DNA of 64,000 bases from Acidimicrobiia bacterium (GCA_041635475.1 JBFKVA010000002.1:37355-101354); one strand, 5' to 3'. Counted from the stretch's first letter, positions 36,738 to 45,648 are shown. Numbers and translations are program-made. The notes: generated by a model not told the origin, from the sequence alone.

Positions 36738-37879
36738 ACCACTCCAGTCAATCGGGCCCGCCGGAGGAGGGCCACGCCTCCCAACACACCACCGATCCCC
36801 AGGACGACGAGGGCCGGGACGATGACGTCAGCCGGGGACCCGGACCCGGCATTCGCCCCGAACCCCTCCATGAGCCACCGATGGGGGCTGATCCGGGACA
36901 GGACGTCAAGCCACCCTCCATCGCCCACGATGGGGAAGAACACGCCTCCCAGCAGACCCAACACCGTGGCGACGATTCCCCCGAACTGGCCTGCCTGCTC
37001 GGCCGTCCGCGTGATCGTCGCCAGGACCGCGCCCAGTCCCATGGCGGCCATCACCGCCGCCACCGAGAGCAGGACGACGCCCCACACCTCTCCCCAACTG
37101 GCCCCGAGCATGAGCGTTGTGGCCACGACGAGGACCCCCATGGCAACGAGGCCGGTCAGGGCGGCCGCCAGGGTCTTGCCGACGAGGATGGACGCCCGCC
37201 CCACGGGGGCGACCAGGAGTCGCTGGAGCGTGCCTTCCTGTCGCTCCTCGATGACGTTGAGAACGGCGGCCTGCACGCTGAAGAACAGGAAGAAGAGCGC
37301 CATGCCCACCGCCAGGTAGGTCTTGCCGTCCAGGATCCGGGACCCGGCCTCGCCCGCCACGATTTCGATGACCGGGGGCATGGCGGTCAGGCCCTCGAAG
37401 GCCGCGGGGTTGGAAACACCGCCCGCCACGAGCCCGGCCGCCGCCAAGCGGCCGGCGTTCGTCTCCGACGCCAGTGCTTCGGCGATCGACACCGCCACCG
37501 CCGTCGCCAGGCCATCCCCGGCGTTGCCGATCACCTCGAGACTCACCGCCTCCGCCGACGCAACACCGTCCGGGATGAGGATGGCGGCCGAGGCCTCGTT
37601 GTCCTCGACGGCGGCCACCGCCTCCTGGCGGGTCGCCACGAGCTCGACATCCTCGAATCCCGCTTCGTCGACCAGGCCAGCGACGAGGGATGGGCCGATG
37701 AGACCGGTGGCGTCGTGGACGCGGAACGAGGGCTGAAACCTGCCTTCGAAGGCGTCCCCGGCGACCGATGTGAGGATGATGGTGATGGCGAGGGGCGCGA
37801 CGATCGCCATGAGGATCATCGACTTGTCGCGGAGCCGCTGGCGCAGGTCCTTCCACGTGAGGAGGAAGACGGTTCGCAT
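36734..37879 (-). CDS. ABC-2 type transporter permease
   Basis: Same architecture as the previous gene (MRTVFLLTWKDLRQRLRDKSMILMAIVAPLAITIIL...). Confidence 0.8.
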   Translation of the reverse strand: MRTVFLLTWKDLRQRLRDKSMILMAIVAPLAITIILTSVAGDAFEGRFQPSFRVHDATGLIGPSLVAGLVDEAGFEDVELVATRQEAVAAVEDNEASAAILIPDGVASAEAVSLEVIGNAGDGLATAVAVSIAEALASETNAGRLAAAGLVAGGVSNPAAFEGLTAMPPVIEIVAGEAGSRILDGKTYLAVGMALFFLFFSVQAAVLNVIEERQEGTLQRLLVAPVGRASILVGKTLAAALTGLVAMGVLVVATTLMLGASWGEVWGVVLLSVAAVMAAMGLGAVLATITRTAEQAGQFGGIVATVLGLLGGVFFPIVGDGGWLDVLSRISPHRWLMEGFGANAGSGSPADVIVPALVVLGIGGVLGGVALLRRARLTGVV

Positions 37880-37881
37880 GG

Positions 37882-38820
37882 TCAGTCCCTCAGTGCCTTG
37901 CCGGTGAGGTGGAGGAAGACCGCCTCGAGGTCCGGCTCGTGCACGGCCACGCCCTTCACCACGGTGCCGTTCGACACCGCCGCGATGAGCTCCGGCAGCC
38001 TGGCGGCTGCACCTTTGAGTACGACTTCCAGCCGACCCTCGGCTTGGGTGGCCCCGTCGACGCCGGGCAACTCCAACAGGCGCTCCGCCAGCCCTTCCAC
38101 GTGCCCTGCCACCTCGAACGTCACCCGGTCGCGCTGTCCGATGCCTGCAATGAGGTCACGGCGAGTGCCCTCGGCGACGAGCTTGCCGTCGTCGATGATG
38201 CCCACCCGGTCGCAGAGGCGCTCGGCCTCTTCCATGTAATGCGTTGTGTAGAGCACGGCCAGGCCCTCGGTGCCCAGGGCGTCGACCGAGTCGAGGATCG
38301 CGTTGCGGCTCTGGGGATCCACTCCCACCGTGGGCTCATCGAGCATGAGCAGCTTCGGTCCGTGAAGGAGCCCGATCCCGATGTTGAGACGGCGTTTCAT
38401 CCCACCCGAGAACTCGTCGGCCCGGTCCTTGCCCCTGTCGGCGAGACCGGTCAACTCGAGGACTCGATCCACCGCGGCGGTGACCGCGACCCCCCGCATC
38501 CCGTAGAGCTTGGCGAAGAAGGCGAGGTTCTCGAAGGCCGTGAGGTCCGGGTAGATGGCGAGGTCTTGCGGCACGTACCCGAGGGCTCGACGGGCTCCTA
38601 CCGAGCTGACTTCGATCGGCTCCCCGTCGACGATCACCGTGCCGGCGTCCTTGTGGAGCAGCCCGCAGATCATCGAGATGGTGGTGGTCTTCCCGGCCCC
38701 GTTCGGACCGAGGAGGCCGTACGTCTCGCCGGCCGCGATCTCGAACCCGACCCCGTCGACGGCCTTTCGCTCCCCGAAGGACTTGTGGAGCCCTTCGCAC
38801 ACCAGTACGGGTGACATCAT
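37882..38820 (-). CDS. ABC transporter ATP-binding protein
   Basis: GLLGPNGAGKTTTI (Walker A), FSGGMKRRLNIGIGLL (signature) and LLMLDEPTVGVDP (Walker B). Confidence 0.9.
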   Translation of the reverse strand: MMSPVLVCEGLHKSFGERKAVDGVGFEIAAGETYGLLGPNGAGKTTTISMICGLLHKDAGTVIVDGEPIEVSSVGARRALGYVPQDLAIYPDLTAFENLAFFAKLYGMRGVAVTAAVDRVLELTGLADRGKDRADEFSGGMKRRLNIGIGLLHGPKLLMLDEPTVGVDPQSRNAILDSVDALGTEGLAVLYTTHYMEEAERLCDRVGIIDDGKLVAEGTRRDLIAGIGQRDRVTFEVAGHVEGLAERLLELPGVDGATQAEGRLEVVLKGAAARLPELIAAVSNGTVVKGVAVHEPDLEAVFLHLTGKALRD

Positions 38821-39128
38821 GCCTCTCCTTGCACTCTGTTGATCATCTCCTGGAGGGCGCTGAGGTGGGCGCCGAGCGCCCGCGCCCCCTCCGTGGTGGC
38901 CCTCACCGTCGTCAGCGGCTTCTTCCCCTTGTAGCCCTTCGTGATCTCCACCAGGCCGGCCTCCTCGAGGACCGCCAGGTGGCGGCTGAGGTTGCCGTCG
39001 GTGAGCCCCAGTTCGTCCCTGAGGAACGAAAAGGCCGCCGAGCGGACCTCCGCCAGCACGGTCAGGATCCCCAGGCGGGTGCGCTGGTGGACGAGGTCAT
39101 CAAGCCGATCGAAGGCGGCATCGCTCAC
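38817..39128 (-). CDS. winged-helix transcriptional regulator (ArsR/PadR-like), 103 aa
   Basis: RLGILTVLAEVRSAAFSFLRDELGLTDGNLSRHLAVLEEAGLVEITKGYKGKKPLTTVRATTEG has an HTH plus wing pattern. It overlaps its neighbours by 4 bp on both sides. Confidence 0.7.
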   Translation of the reverse strand: MSDAAFDRLDDLVHQRTRLGILTVLAEVRSAAFSFLRDELGLTDGNLSRHLAVLEEAGLVEITKGYKGKKPLTTVRATTEGARALGAHLSALQEMINRVQGEA

Positions 39129-39691
39129 CGCCGTACCATCCGCAGGCCGGCCCCGGCTCCCAGCAACACGCCACCGAACGTGCCGGCCAGGGCGCTGTAC
39201 AGCGGTCCGGGCTCATCGATGAGCGCATACACGGCGACGCCCCACCCGGCCAGGAGTGCAAGCGTCGCCAGCAACTGACGCTGGCCGTCGAGCGTCGCGA
39301 TGACGCCGAACCCGGCCACGAGGACGAGCCACCAGACCAGAACCGCCAGCCGTTCCTCGAACACGAAGAAGCTCCCGAACGTTCCCGTGAACATGAAGAC
39401 GACGACCACGACGTAGGGCCACATCGGGTGCCCGGACGACGCGCCTTGGTCCGCCTTGGCGCCCAACGCGAACGAGGCGATTGCGCCCAGCGGGGCGGCA
39501 ACGATCCAGTAGAAAGAGAGGGTCTCGTTGGCGGACACGAAGGCGACGACCGACCCGAGGAAGATCGCTCCCCACATGAGGAGCATCGCCCAGTTGGCGG
39601 TGAGCATCGAGTGGCGGGTCGAGACCCGGATGCGGTCGAGTTCCGCGAGCAGGGCCTCGGCCTCGGACGCTTTCTCTTCGCGATCAGTCAC
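39125..39691 (-). CDS. membrane protein (4-5 TM), first gene of the regulator/ABC-2 operon
   Basis: GTG start at 39691..39689 (VTDREEKASEAEALLAELDRIR...). Hydrophobic segments include LLMWGAIFLGSVVAFV and YVVVVVFMFTGTFGSFFVF. The transcript appears leaderless (see the promoter feature). Confidence 0.65.
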   Translation of the reverse strand: MTDREEKASEAEALLAELDRIRVSTRHSMLTANWAMLLMWGAIFLGSVVAFVSANETLSFYWIVAAPLGAIASFALGAKADQGASSGHPMWPYVVVVVFMFTGTFGSFFVFEERLAVLVWWLVLVAGFGVIATLDGQRQLLATLALLAGWGVAVYALIDEPGPLYSALAGTFGGVLLGAGAGLRMVRR

Positions 39692-39745
39692 GCAAGTACT
39701 CTATGACACCAAGTACTTGACTGTCAAGAAGCACTTGCCTCGTGT
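39692..39745 (-). promoter_or_regulatory. near-consensus sigma-A promoter on the minus strand (-35 TTGACA at 39727..39722, 18-nt spacer, -10 TAGAGT at 39703..39698), with the TSS predicted at the GTG start codon (leaderless); overlapped by AAGTACTT-type palindromes that are probable operator sites
   Basis: The minus-strand reading is cTTGACAgtcaagtacttggtgtcaTAGAGTacttgcGTG. The 10-bp perfect palindrome caagtacttg (39710-39719) lies in the spacer, aagtact lies between the -10 and +1, and an imperfect caag-n5-cttg repeat lies at 39724-39736. The region is locally AT-rich in a 70% GC genome. Confidence 0.6.
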
Positions 39746-39788
39746 CGGTGGATGGGTGGGCGACGCTCGAACGCTGCCGCTGATCGTG

Positions 39789-41150
39789 TCAGGAACCGAC
39801 GTTCAGCTGGCGAGCCGTCGGCTCCGCACAACAGAACCAGGACTCGGTGAGCCGAGGGGCCACGTCGATGTCGGGAACCGCCGGCATGTCGATGCCCGTG
39901 CGTTGCCCGATGGCGTCGACGAGGGAGCGCATGACGGTGAGGTCCGAGGTGCCGGCCGCGTCGCCTTCCTCCACGATCGCGGCGAGTTCCTGTTGAAGCG
40001 CGTCCATGTGGGGGTCAGCCGGCTCCCACTGGAACCCCAGCATCTCCGGGTCGTAGCCACGCAGATGGGGGCCGAGTTCCGGAAGGTCGAGCATCAGGGA
40101 CCCATCCGGGATGAGGAGTCTGATCGCCAGCTGGATCGGGTCCACGCTCCCCCACAGGTTCGACTCGTCCACGAAGCGAACGATCTGGGCGAGATGGGCT
40201 GGCTTCGTCCAGGGGGTGAACGGGAGCCATGTGGGCCGCACATCAATCCCGGCGTCTCGGAGGATCGTCACCGCCTTCGACATGTCAGTCACGGTGTGGC
40301 CCTTGTCGAGGAGCTCCAGCAGGCGATCATCGGCCTGCTCGAAGGCGCTCACCACGAACCGGACCCCAAGGCTGCGGAGGGTGGGCCAGAGGTCGGCATG
40401 GTCCAGGATGTGCGAGACCTTCACGGTCACATCCACCGAGACGTCGCCGACCTCCGACCGGACTCCCTCCAGGGTCCGGATCGCGTGCGCCGGTGCGTTG
40501 AGGAAGTCCGGGTCACCGAACGTCAGGTGCTGCGCGCCCGCTTCGACTTGTCGCATTGCGTCGGCCACGACGATGTCGGCGGCAACGATCCGGAGACGGC
40601 CGTCGTAGATGGTCGGGAGTGGGCAGTGCCGGCAGCGGTGCCGGCAGCCATGGGTTGCCTCCACGTAGCCAGCCGCAACCTCGGTGCCTCGGTCCCTGAA
40701 CTTCGCGTAGGACCCGAGCGGCGGAAGGGAATCCCGGGCTGGCAGGGCATGGCGGGTCCGGCCCAACTCGACCCGGACGGCGTCGCTCCCCTTGCCCGAC
40801 ACCCACTCGACAAGGGCTTCCTCATACTCGCCCGCGATGCGGATGTCGGCGATCGATCCGACCGCGTCGTCGGATCCGACGGTTGCGTAGAGCCCGTAGA
40901 ACGCAAGGGGGAGGTCGGGACGGCGCTCCTTGACTCGACGGGCCAGTGCAACACCCAAGCGCATCGCCGTGTGCATGGGAACCGAGATCGCGACTCGGTC
41001 GGCCCACTCCACCGACTCGAGGGCAAGATCCTCGACAGACACGTCCAGCGTGCGGACCTCGTGTCCCGCCTCGGCGAGGGCCCCAGCCGGGGCGGCGAGA
41101 TGGAGCGGCTGGTGACCGAGTTCGTAGGTGGAGATGAGCAGGACCTTCAT
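39789..41150 (-). CDS. radical SAM protein with C-terminal CCAEP tail (CUAEP/CCAEP-tail radical SAM family), with an N-terminal B12-binding-like/flavodoxin-like domain
   Basis: CRHRCRHC (CxxxCxxC) lies in ATHGCRHRCRHCPLPTIYDG. The C-terminus is ...LTESWFCCAEPTARQLNVGS, and the DNA reads TGT TGT (Cys-Cys, not TGA). The ATG at 41150 overlaps the stop of the upstream gene (ATGA). Confidence 0.85.
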   Translation of the reverse strand: MKVLLISTYELGHQPLHLAAPAGALAEAGHEVRTLDVSVEDLALESVEWADRVAISVPMHTAMRLGVALARRVKERRPDLPLAFYGLYATVGSDDAVGSIADIRIAGEYEEALVEWVSGKGSDAVRVELGRTRHALPARDSLPPLGSYAKFRDRGTEVAAGYVEATHGCRHRCRHCPLPTIYDGRLRIVAADIVVADAMRQVEAGAQHLTFGDPDFLNAPAHAIRTLEGVRSEVGDVSVDVTVKVSHILDHADLWPTLRSLGVRFVVSAFEQADDRLLELLDKGHTVTDMSKAVTILRDAGIDVRPTWLPFTPWTKPAHLAQIVRFVDESNLWGSVDPIQLAIRLLIPDGSLMLDLPELGPHLRGYDPEMLGFQWEPADPHMDALQQELAAIVEEGDAAGTSDLTVMRSLVDAIGQRTGIDMPAVPDIDVAPRLTESWFCCAEPTARQLNVGS

Positions 41151-42367
41151 CGGGCCAACTCCGAGAGCGCCGTCAACAGCCGATCGACTTCATCGACGGT
41201 GTTGTAGTGGAGGAACCCGACCCTGACAAGGCCCCCTGTCGACAACCGATCCAACCGGCGCATGACCTCGAGGGCGTAGTAGTGACCGTCCCAGACGAAG
41301 AGGCCCTGGGCACCGAGTCGGCGCGCCGTCTCCCCTGGCGTCGTCCCGTCGACCTCGATGGCAAACGTGGGCGTCCGCAGCCGTTCGGTCCCCGGCCCGA
41401 ACAATGTCACGCCGTCGATGGCTTCGATTCCTGCCAGGAACCGGCCCGCCAACCGGTCGGTGTGGGCGGAGGCAGCGCCAATACCCGAGACGAGACGCGA
41501 CCGGCGATCGGGCCCCTCCCCCAGCGATGCCAGGTACTCGACCGCCGCCGTGACACCCGCCAGCAGTTCGAAGGGCGGCGTGCCTGCCTCCCACGACCCA
41601 GGGGCGGTGGAAGAGGCCGGTCGAATGTGCACCGGCTCAACGGCATCGACGACCCTTTCACCCAGGTGGAGGACCCCAACGTGGGGGCCGTGGAACTTGT
41701 ACGCGCTCGCCACCAGGAAGTCGCAGTCCAGGCGTTGCACGTCGATGACGCCGTGGGGAGCGAAGTGAACGGCGTCCACGAACGTCAGCGCCCCCACCCG
41801 CCTGGCGGCGGCGCATGCCTCGATCACCTCCGGGATGGTCCCCACGGCGTTGGAGGCGTGGGTGAGTGCCAGCAGCTTGGTCCGGTCGGTGAGCACGGCC
41901 TCGACCCTGCCGAGGGCACACCCGTCGTCCGGGTCGAAGTCGACCCAGCGCACCGTGGCCCCCGACTCCTCGGCGGCGAGCAGCCACGGACTCACGTTGG
42001 CGTCGTGGTCGAGTCGGGTGAGGACGAGTTCGTCACCCGGGCTCCATTGCCGGGCCAGGACCCGGGCTGCGGCCAGGGTGAGGGCCGTCATCGACGGGCC
42101 GAACGCGATCTGCTCGCCGCTCGGCGCGTTGAAGAGATCCGCCATGGCCGAGCGGGCACCCTCGATGATCTCTGCCGCGGATTCGGAGGCGACGAAGTGA
42201 CCGCCAAGGTTGGAGACCCCCGTCGACAGGACCGAGCCGATGGCGTCGATCACCGGTTGCGGGCACTGCGAGCCTCCCGGCCCGTCGAACCACGCGGCCG
42301 CCCGCCCGTCCACGGTTCGGCGCAGCGCCGGGAACAGCGAGCGCACACCCGCAACGTCGAGGCTCAT
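41147..42367 (-). CDS. SufS-like class V PLP-dependent enzyme (cysteine desulfurase family) lacking the catalytic cysteine
   Basis: It starts MSLDVAGVRSLFPALRRTVDGRAAAWFDGPGGSQCPQPVIDAIG (like SufS VRADFPVL...YLDSAASAQKP). ASAYKFHGPHVGVLH carries the PLP lysine (SufS SGHKLYGPTGIGVLY). The segment GLFVWDGHYYALEVM aligns to SufS GIAVRTGHHCAMPLM, so the active-site Cys is replaced by Tyr. ATGA overlaps occur at both ends. Confidence 0.85.
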   Translation of the reverse strand: MSLDVAGVRSLFPALRRTVDGRAAAWFDGPGGSQCPQPVIDAIGSVLSTGVSNLGGHFVASESAAEIIEGARSAMADLFNAPSGEQIAFGPSMTALTLAAARVLARQWSPGDELVLTRLDHDANVSPWLLAAEESGATVRWVDFDPDDGCALGRVEAVLTDRTKLLALTHASNAVGTIPEVIEACAAARRVGALTFVDAVHFAPHGVIDVQRLDCDFLVASAYKFHGPHVGVLHLGERVVDAVEPVHIRPASSTAPGSWEAGTPPFELLAGVTAAVEYLASLGEGPDRRSRLVSGIGAASAHTDRLAGRFLAGIEAIDGVTLFGPGTERLRTPTFAIEVDGTTPGETARRLGAQGLFVWDGHYYALEVMRRLDRLSTGGLVRVGFLHYNTVDEVDRLLTALSELAR

Positions 42368-43074
42368 GGAGCGAGCAGCTCGGGGAGGATCTCGCCGGCA
42401 GGTCCCAGCACCTCCGCGTCGGCCAAGGGAGACGCCGCGGAACGTTCCGTGTTGACGACGACGATGCGGGCACCGCCTTCGCGGGCGACGCCGATGAGGC
42501 CCGCCGCCGGGTACACCTCGGCGGAGGTGCCGACCACAACGACGGCGTCGGCCGCCGCGATCGACAGATGGGCTCGCATCCACTCCCGCTCCGGGAGCGT
42601 CTCTCCGTACCAGACGACCGACGGACGCATCGGCGCTCCACACATCGGGCAGGGCCGGAACCCCTTCGGGTGCAGCGGGTCGACGTCCTCCTCGTGGCCA
42701 CACTCGGCGAAGCAGTGGTCACGGTCGATGTGCCCGTGGAGATGAATCACGTCCACGGCTCCGGCCTTCTCCAGCAACCGATCGATGTTCTGGGTGACAT
42801 GGATCATGCCGGGTCGGGAGGCAAGGGCGAGATGCGCCGGGTTCGGGTCGGCCGCACCGATGAACGTCCGCCGCTCGTCGTACCAGGAGATCACACCCTC
42901 GGGGTCTTCGCGGAATCCGTCGATCGAGGCCATCTTCATGGGGTCGACCTTCGTCCAGATACCATCGGTGTCCCGGAACGTGTGGATCCCAGACTCGCGG
43001 GACAGCCCGGCGCCCGAGAACGAGACGAGGTGTTCGGCGTCGGCGAGGAGCTGCCGGGCGCGGGTGAGCGGCAT
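42364..43074 (-). CDS. cobB: NAD-dependent protein deacylase (Sir2/CobB family)
   Basis: GAGLSRESGIHTFRD, the catalytic HLHGHIDRDHC, the Zn ribbon CFAECGHEED...CPMCGAPMRPSVVWYGE and the trailing VVGTSAEVYPAAGL are present. The start is the ATG at 43074. Confidence 0.85.
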   Translation of the reverse strand: MPLTRARQLLADAEHLVSFSGAGLSRESGIHTFRDTDGIWTKVDPMKMASIDGFREDPEGVISWYDERRTFIGAADPNPAHLALASRPGMIHVTQNIDRLLEKAGAVDVIHLHGHIDRDHCFAECGHEEDVDPLHPKGFRPCPMCGAPMRPSVVWYGETLPEREWMRAHLSIAAADAVVVVGTSAEVYPAAGLIGVAREGGARIVVVNTERSAASPLADAEVLGPAGEILPELLAP

Positions 43075-43130
43075 GAGCCAAGGGTACCCCGACGCCGGGC
43101 GTGCATTCCGACCCCCCACCGCCCCTCGCC

Positions 43131-45128
43131 CTACGGAAGCTCGATCGTGTGCGCCACCGTCGCCGTGGTCCGAGTGCCACCCACCACGACAGGAAGTTCG
43201 ATCCGGGCCTGCTCGAACAGGCAGATCGACTCGGCGGCCGCGTCGCAGTACACAAGGCTGAGTTCGAGCGTGAACCCGCCGTCCTGCCGCACAACCGCGT
43301 CGAAGACGAGCGGGAGGTCGGGATCGGTCACCGTCACGTCGCCTCCGGTCACCGTTCCGGCCGTGGCATCCCACGAGAACGACGCGGGCGCTTCGGGGTT
43401 GAGCTTGTACCCGGTGGGGAAGACGATGTCGACCTCGAAGGTGACGGCTCCCTCCGCCAAGGTCGTCGGTTCGAGCCGGGTCCCCACCGCGGGCGTGAAC
43501 GGCCGGAAGCCCTCGATGCCCTTGAGCACGAGCGTGTCGGCTTCACCGGTGGCAAGATCGAACACCCGGATGGCGTGGTTGTTCGTGTCGGCGATGTAGA
43601 GGACACCGTCGGCAACGGACAGCCCCCCGGGTTCGTCGAACCGGGCGTCCGCGCCGTCCGCCCATCCCGCCACCCCCCCGGCCAGCGTCTCGACCGTCCC
43701 CGTGTGCGGGTCGACGAGCCTCAGGGCGTCGTTGTAGGTATCGGCCACGTAGAGGAGACCATCCCACCACACGACGCCAAGCGGGTGCTGGAACCTTGCG
43801 GCCGAGCCGACGCCGTCCCTGAGCCCGAACGTGAAGAGGTCGTCGGCGGCCCCCGCCACCAGCCGCACCTCCTCCCCGGCGACGAGTCGAATCGAGCTCG
43901 ACTCGGAGTCGGCGAAGTAGACGGTCCCGTCGGGAGCCACGGTCACCCCGGATGGCTGGGCCAACTCGGCCTCAAGGCGGGGTCCGTTGGCCGTCGACTC
44001 CCGACCGTTGCCGACCCACGGCTCGACGATCGAAGCGTCGGGATCGAACTCCCACAACTGGTGGCTCCCGGCCATGGCCACGACGAGGGAACCGGCCTCC
44101 GTGAAGGCGAGGTCCCACGGTGAGTGGAGGGCAGCAAACGCCGCCGGGCCCCCGGCCGGCGGCCACCTTCCCTGGTTCCCGGTCCCGGCCACGGTGGTCA
44201 CGAGGCCAGTGGCGAGATCGATGCTCCGAATGGCATGGTTCCCGGTGTCGGCGACGAACAGCACACCGTCGCCGAACGCCAGTCCCTGGGGCGCGGCCAG
44301 GCCGGCCTCCAAGCCGACACCATCCACGAACGACTCCCGCCCGCTGCCGAACACCGCCTCGACCGCGCCGGTGAGGCGGTCGGCGACGACGACCTGGTGG
44401 TGACCCGTGTCGCTGATGGCCACCCGCCGTCCTCCCGGTTCGACCTCCACCTTGCCCGGATAGAACAGCACCGACTCGGGGGCTCGCTCCACCGCGGTCG
44501 TGAAGCGGCCGGGGGCGAGGATGCCTGCGGCGCCGGAAACGATCTCGGCGATGACGGGGGCCACGACCTCATACACGCCCTCCCCTTCCAGTCGGCCCAC
44601 CAGTGTGCCGTCCGGGTGGATGAGCCACACGGTGGGCCACGCCCGCACGTCGTACGATCTCCAGATCTCGAACTCGGTGTCGTTGACCACGGGATGCTCG
44701 ATCCCGTATCGGAGGACGACGTCCCTGATGCCTTCCGTGCCCCGCTCACCGTCGAACTTGGCGGAGTGGACACCGATCACCACGAGTTCCTCGGGGTACT
44801 CGGCCTCGAGTCGCTTGAGATCGGGAATGATGTGGATGCAGTTGACGCATCCGTACGTCCAGAAGTCGAGCAGCACCACCCTGCCTCGGAGTTCGTCGAG
44901 CGAGATCGGGTGATCGGTGTTCACCCAGTCGAGGCCGGTGGGGAACGCGGGCGCGGTCATCGCCCCGTCGTCCTCGGGAGCCGCCCCCGGCGTCGACGCC
45001 ACGGTCACGCCCGGACCGCCGTCGCGGACCGGGGTCGCTTCGTCGGCGACGGGGGTACAGGCGGCCATCGAGAAACCGACGACCACAACGACTGCCAGGG
45101 TCCGCATGACCACAGGATGGCACCGCAC
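43131..45128 (-). CDS. secreted lipoprotein with a thioredoxin-like (redoxin) domain followed by an NHL-repeat beta-propeller
   Basis: A lipobox (VVVVVGFSMAAC) is present. LLDFWTYGCVNCIHIIPDL is a CxxC redoxin. Repeated YFADSESSSIRLV, YVADTYNDALRLVD and YIADTNNHAIRVFD are NHL repeats. Confidence 0.8.
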   Translation of the reverse strand: MRCHPVVMRTLAVVVVVGFSMAACTPVADEATPVRDGGPGVTVASTPGAAPEDDGAMTAPAFPTGLDWVNTDHPISLDELRGRVVLLDFWTYGCVNCIHIIPDLKRLEAEYPEELVVIGVHSAKFDGERGTEGIRDVVLRYGIEHPVVNDTEFEIWRSYDVRAWPTVWLIHPDGTLVGRLEGEGVYEVVAPVIAEIVSGAAGILAPGRFTTAVERAPESVLFYPGKVEVEPGGRRVAISDTGHHQVVVADRLTGAVEAVFGSGRESFVDGVGLEAGLAAPQGLAFGDGVLFVADTGNHAIRSIDLATGLVTTVAGTGNQGRWPPAGGPAAFAALHSPWDLAFTEAGSLVVAMAGSHQLWEFDPDASIVEPWVGNGRESTANGPRLEAELAQPSGVTVAPDGTVYFADSESSSIRLVAGEEVRLVAGAADDLFTFGLRDGVGSAARFQHPLGVVWWDGLLYVADTYNDALRLVDPHTGTVETLAGGVAGWADGADARFDEPGGLSVADGVLYIADTNNHAIRVFDLATGEADTLVLKGIEGFRPFTPAVGTRLEPTTLAEGAVTFEVDIVFPTGYKLNPEAPASFSWDATAGTVTGGDVTVTDPDLPLVFDAVVRQDGGFTLELSLVYCDAAAESICLFEQARIELPVVVGGTRTTATVAHTIELP

Positions 45129-45192
45129 CGGCCATGTCGGTCAGGGCCCCTCCGAACGACTCGACGGCACCCGAGCGGGTTAGGATGCCGAG

Positions 45193-45639
45193 ATGCCCGA
45201 AGACAGCAACGCGTTCCTCACGAGCCGAGATGACCTTCGGGTTCCCACCAAGAATGTCGACGTCACGATCTACCTCATCGACGGCTCCCAACTGACCGGA
45301 CACGTCTTCGCCGATCCGCAGGAGGACGACGCCAGCGACGCGGTCGTGACGCTCTTGTCGACGCCCGAGCCGCTGCTTCGCTTCGAGAGTTCGTTCGGTG
45401 AGTTCCTCCTCGTGGGAAAGGGATCAATCGAGTCCGTCCTCGTGGAGGACGCCGCCTCCAGCGACTCGGCCCGCTGCTTCGTGGCGACGCTCTCCGGGCA
45501 CCGGTTCGTGGGTGGCATCCCCGGCGAACTCCACGCCGAGCGGCTCTCGGATGCGGTTCAGCTCCCCTGGATCGAAGTACTCACCGAGCGCGGAACGCTC
45601 CACGTGCGGTCGGAGCGGATCCTCTGGATCAAGACCTGA
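45193..45639 (+). CDS. hypothetical protein (148 aa)
   Basis: An ORF with normal composition and GC3 bias, with AGGAT upstream of the ATG. No recognizable motif. Confidence 0.5.
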   Translation: MPEDSNAFLTSRDDLRVPTKNVDVTIYLIDGSQLTGHVFADPQEDDASDAVVTLLSTPEPLLRFESSFGEFLLVGKGSIESVLVEDAASSDSARCFVATLSGHRFVGGIPGELHAERLSDAVQLPWIEVLTERGTLHVRSERILWIKT

Positions 45640-45648
45640 GGGGGGTCC

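Noticed and set aside
39789-39830. Selenocysteine (TGA recoding) in the radical SAM tail
   Set aside because: The tail codons are TGT TGT (Cys-Cys, CCAEP form). There is no in-frame TGA and no need for a SECIS element.
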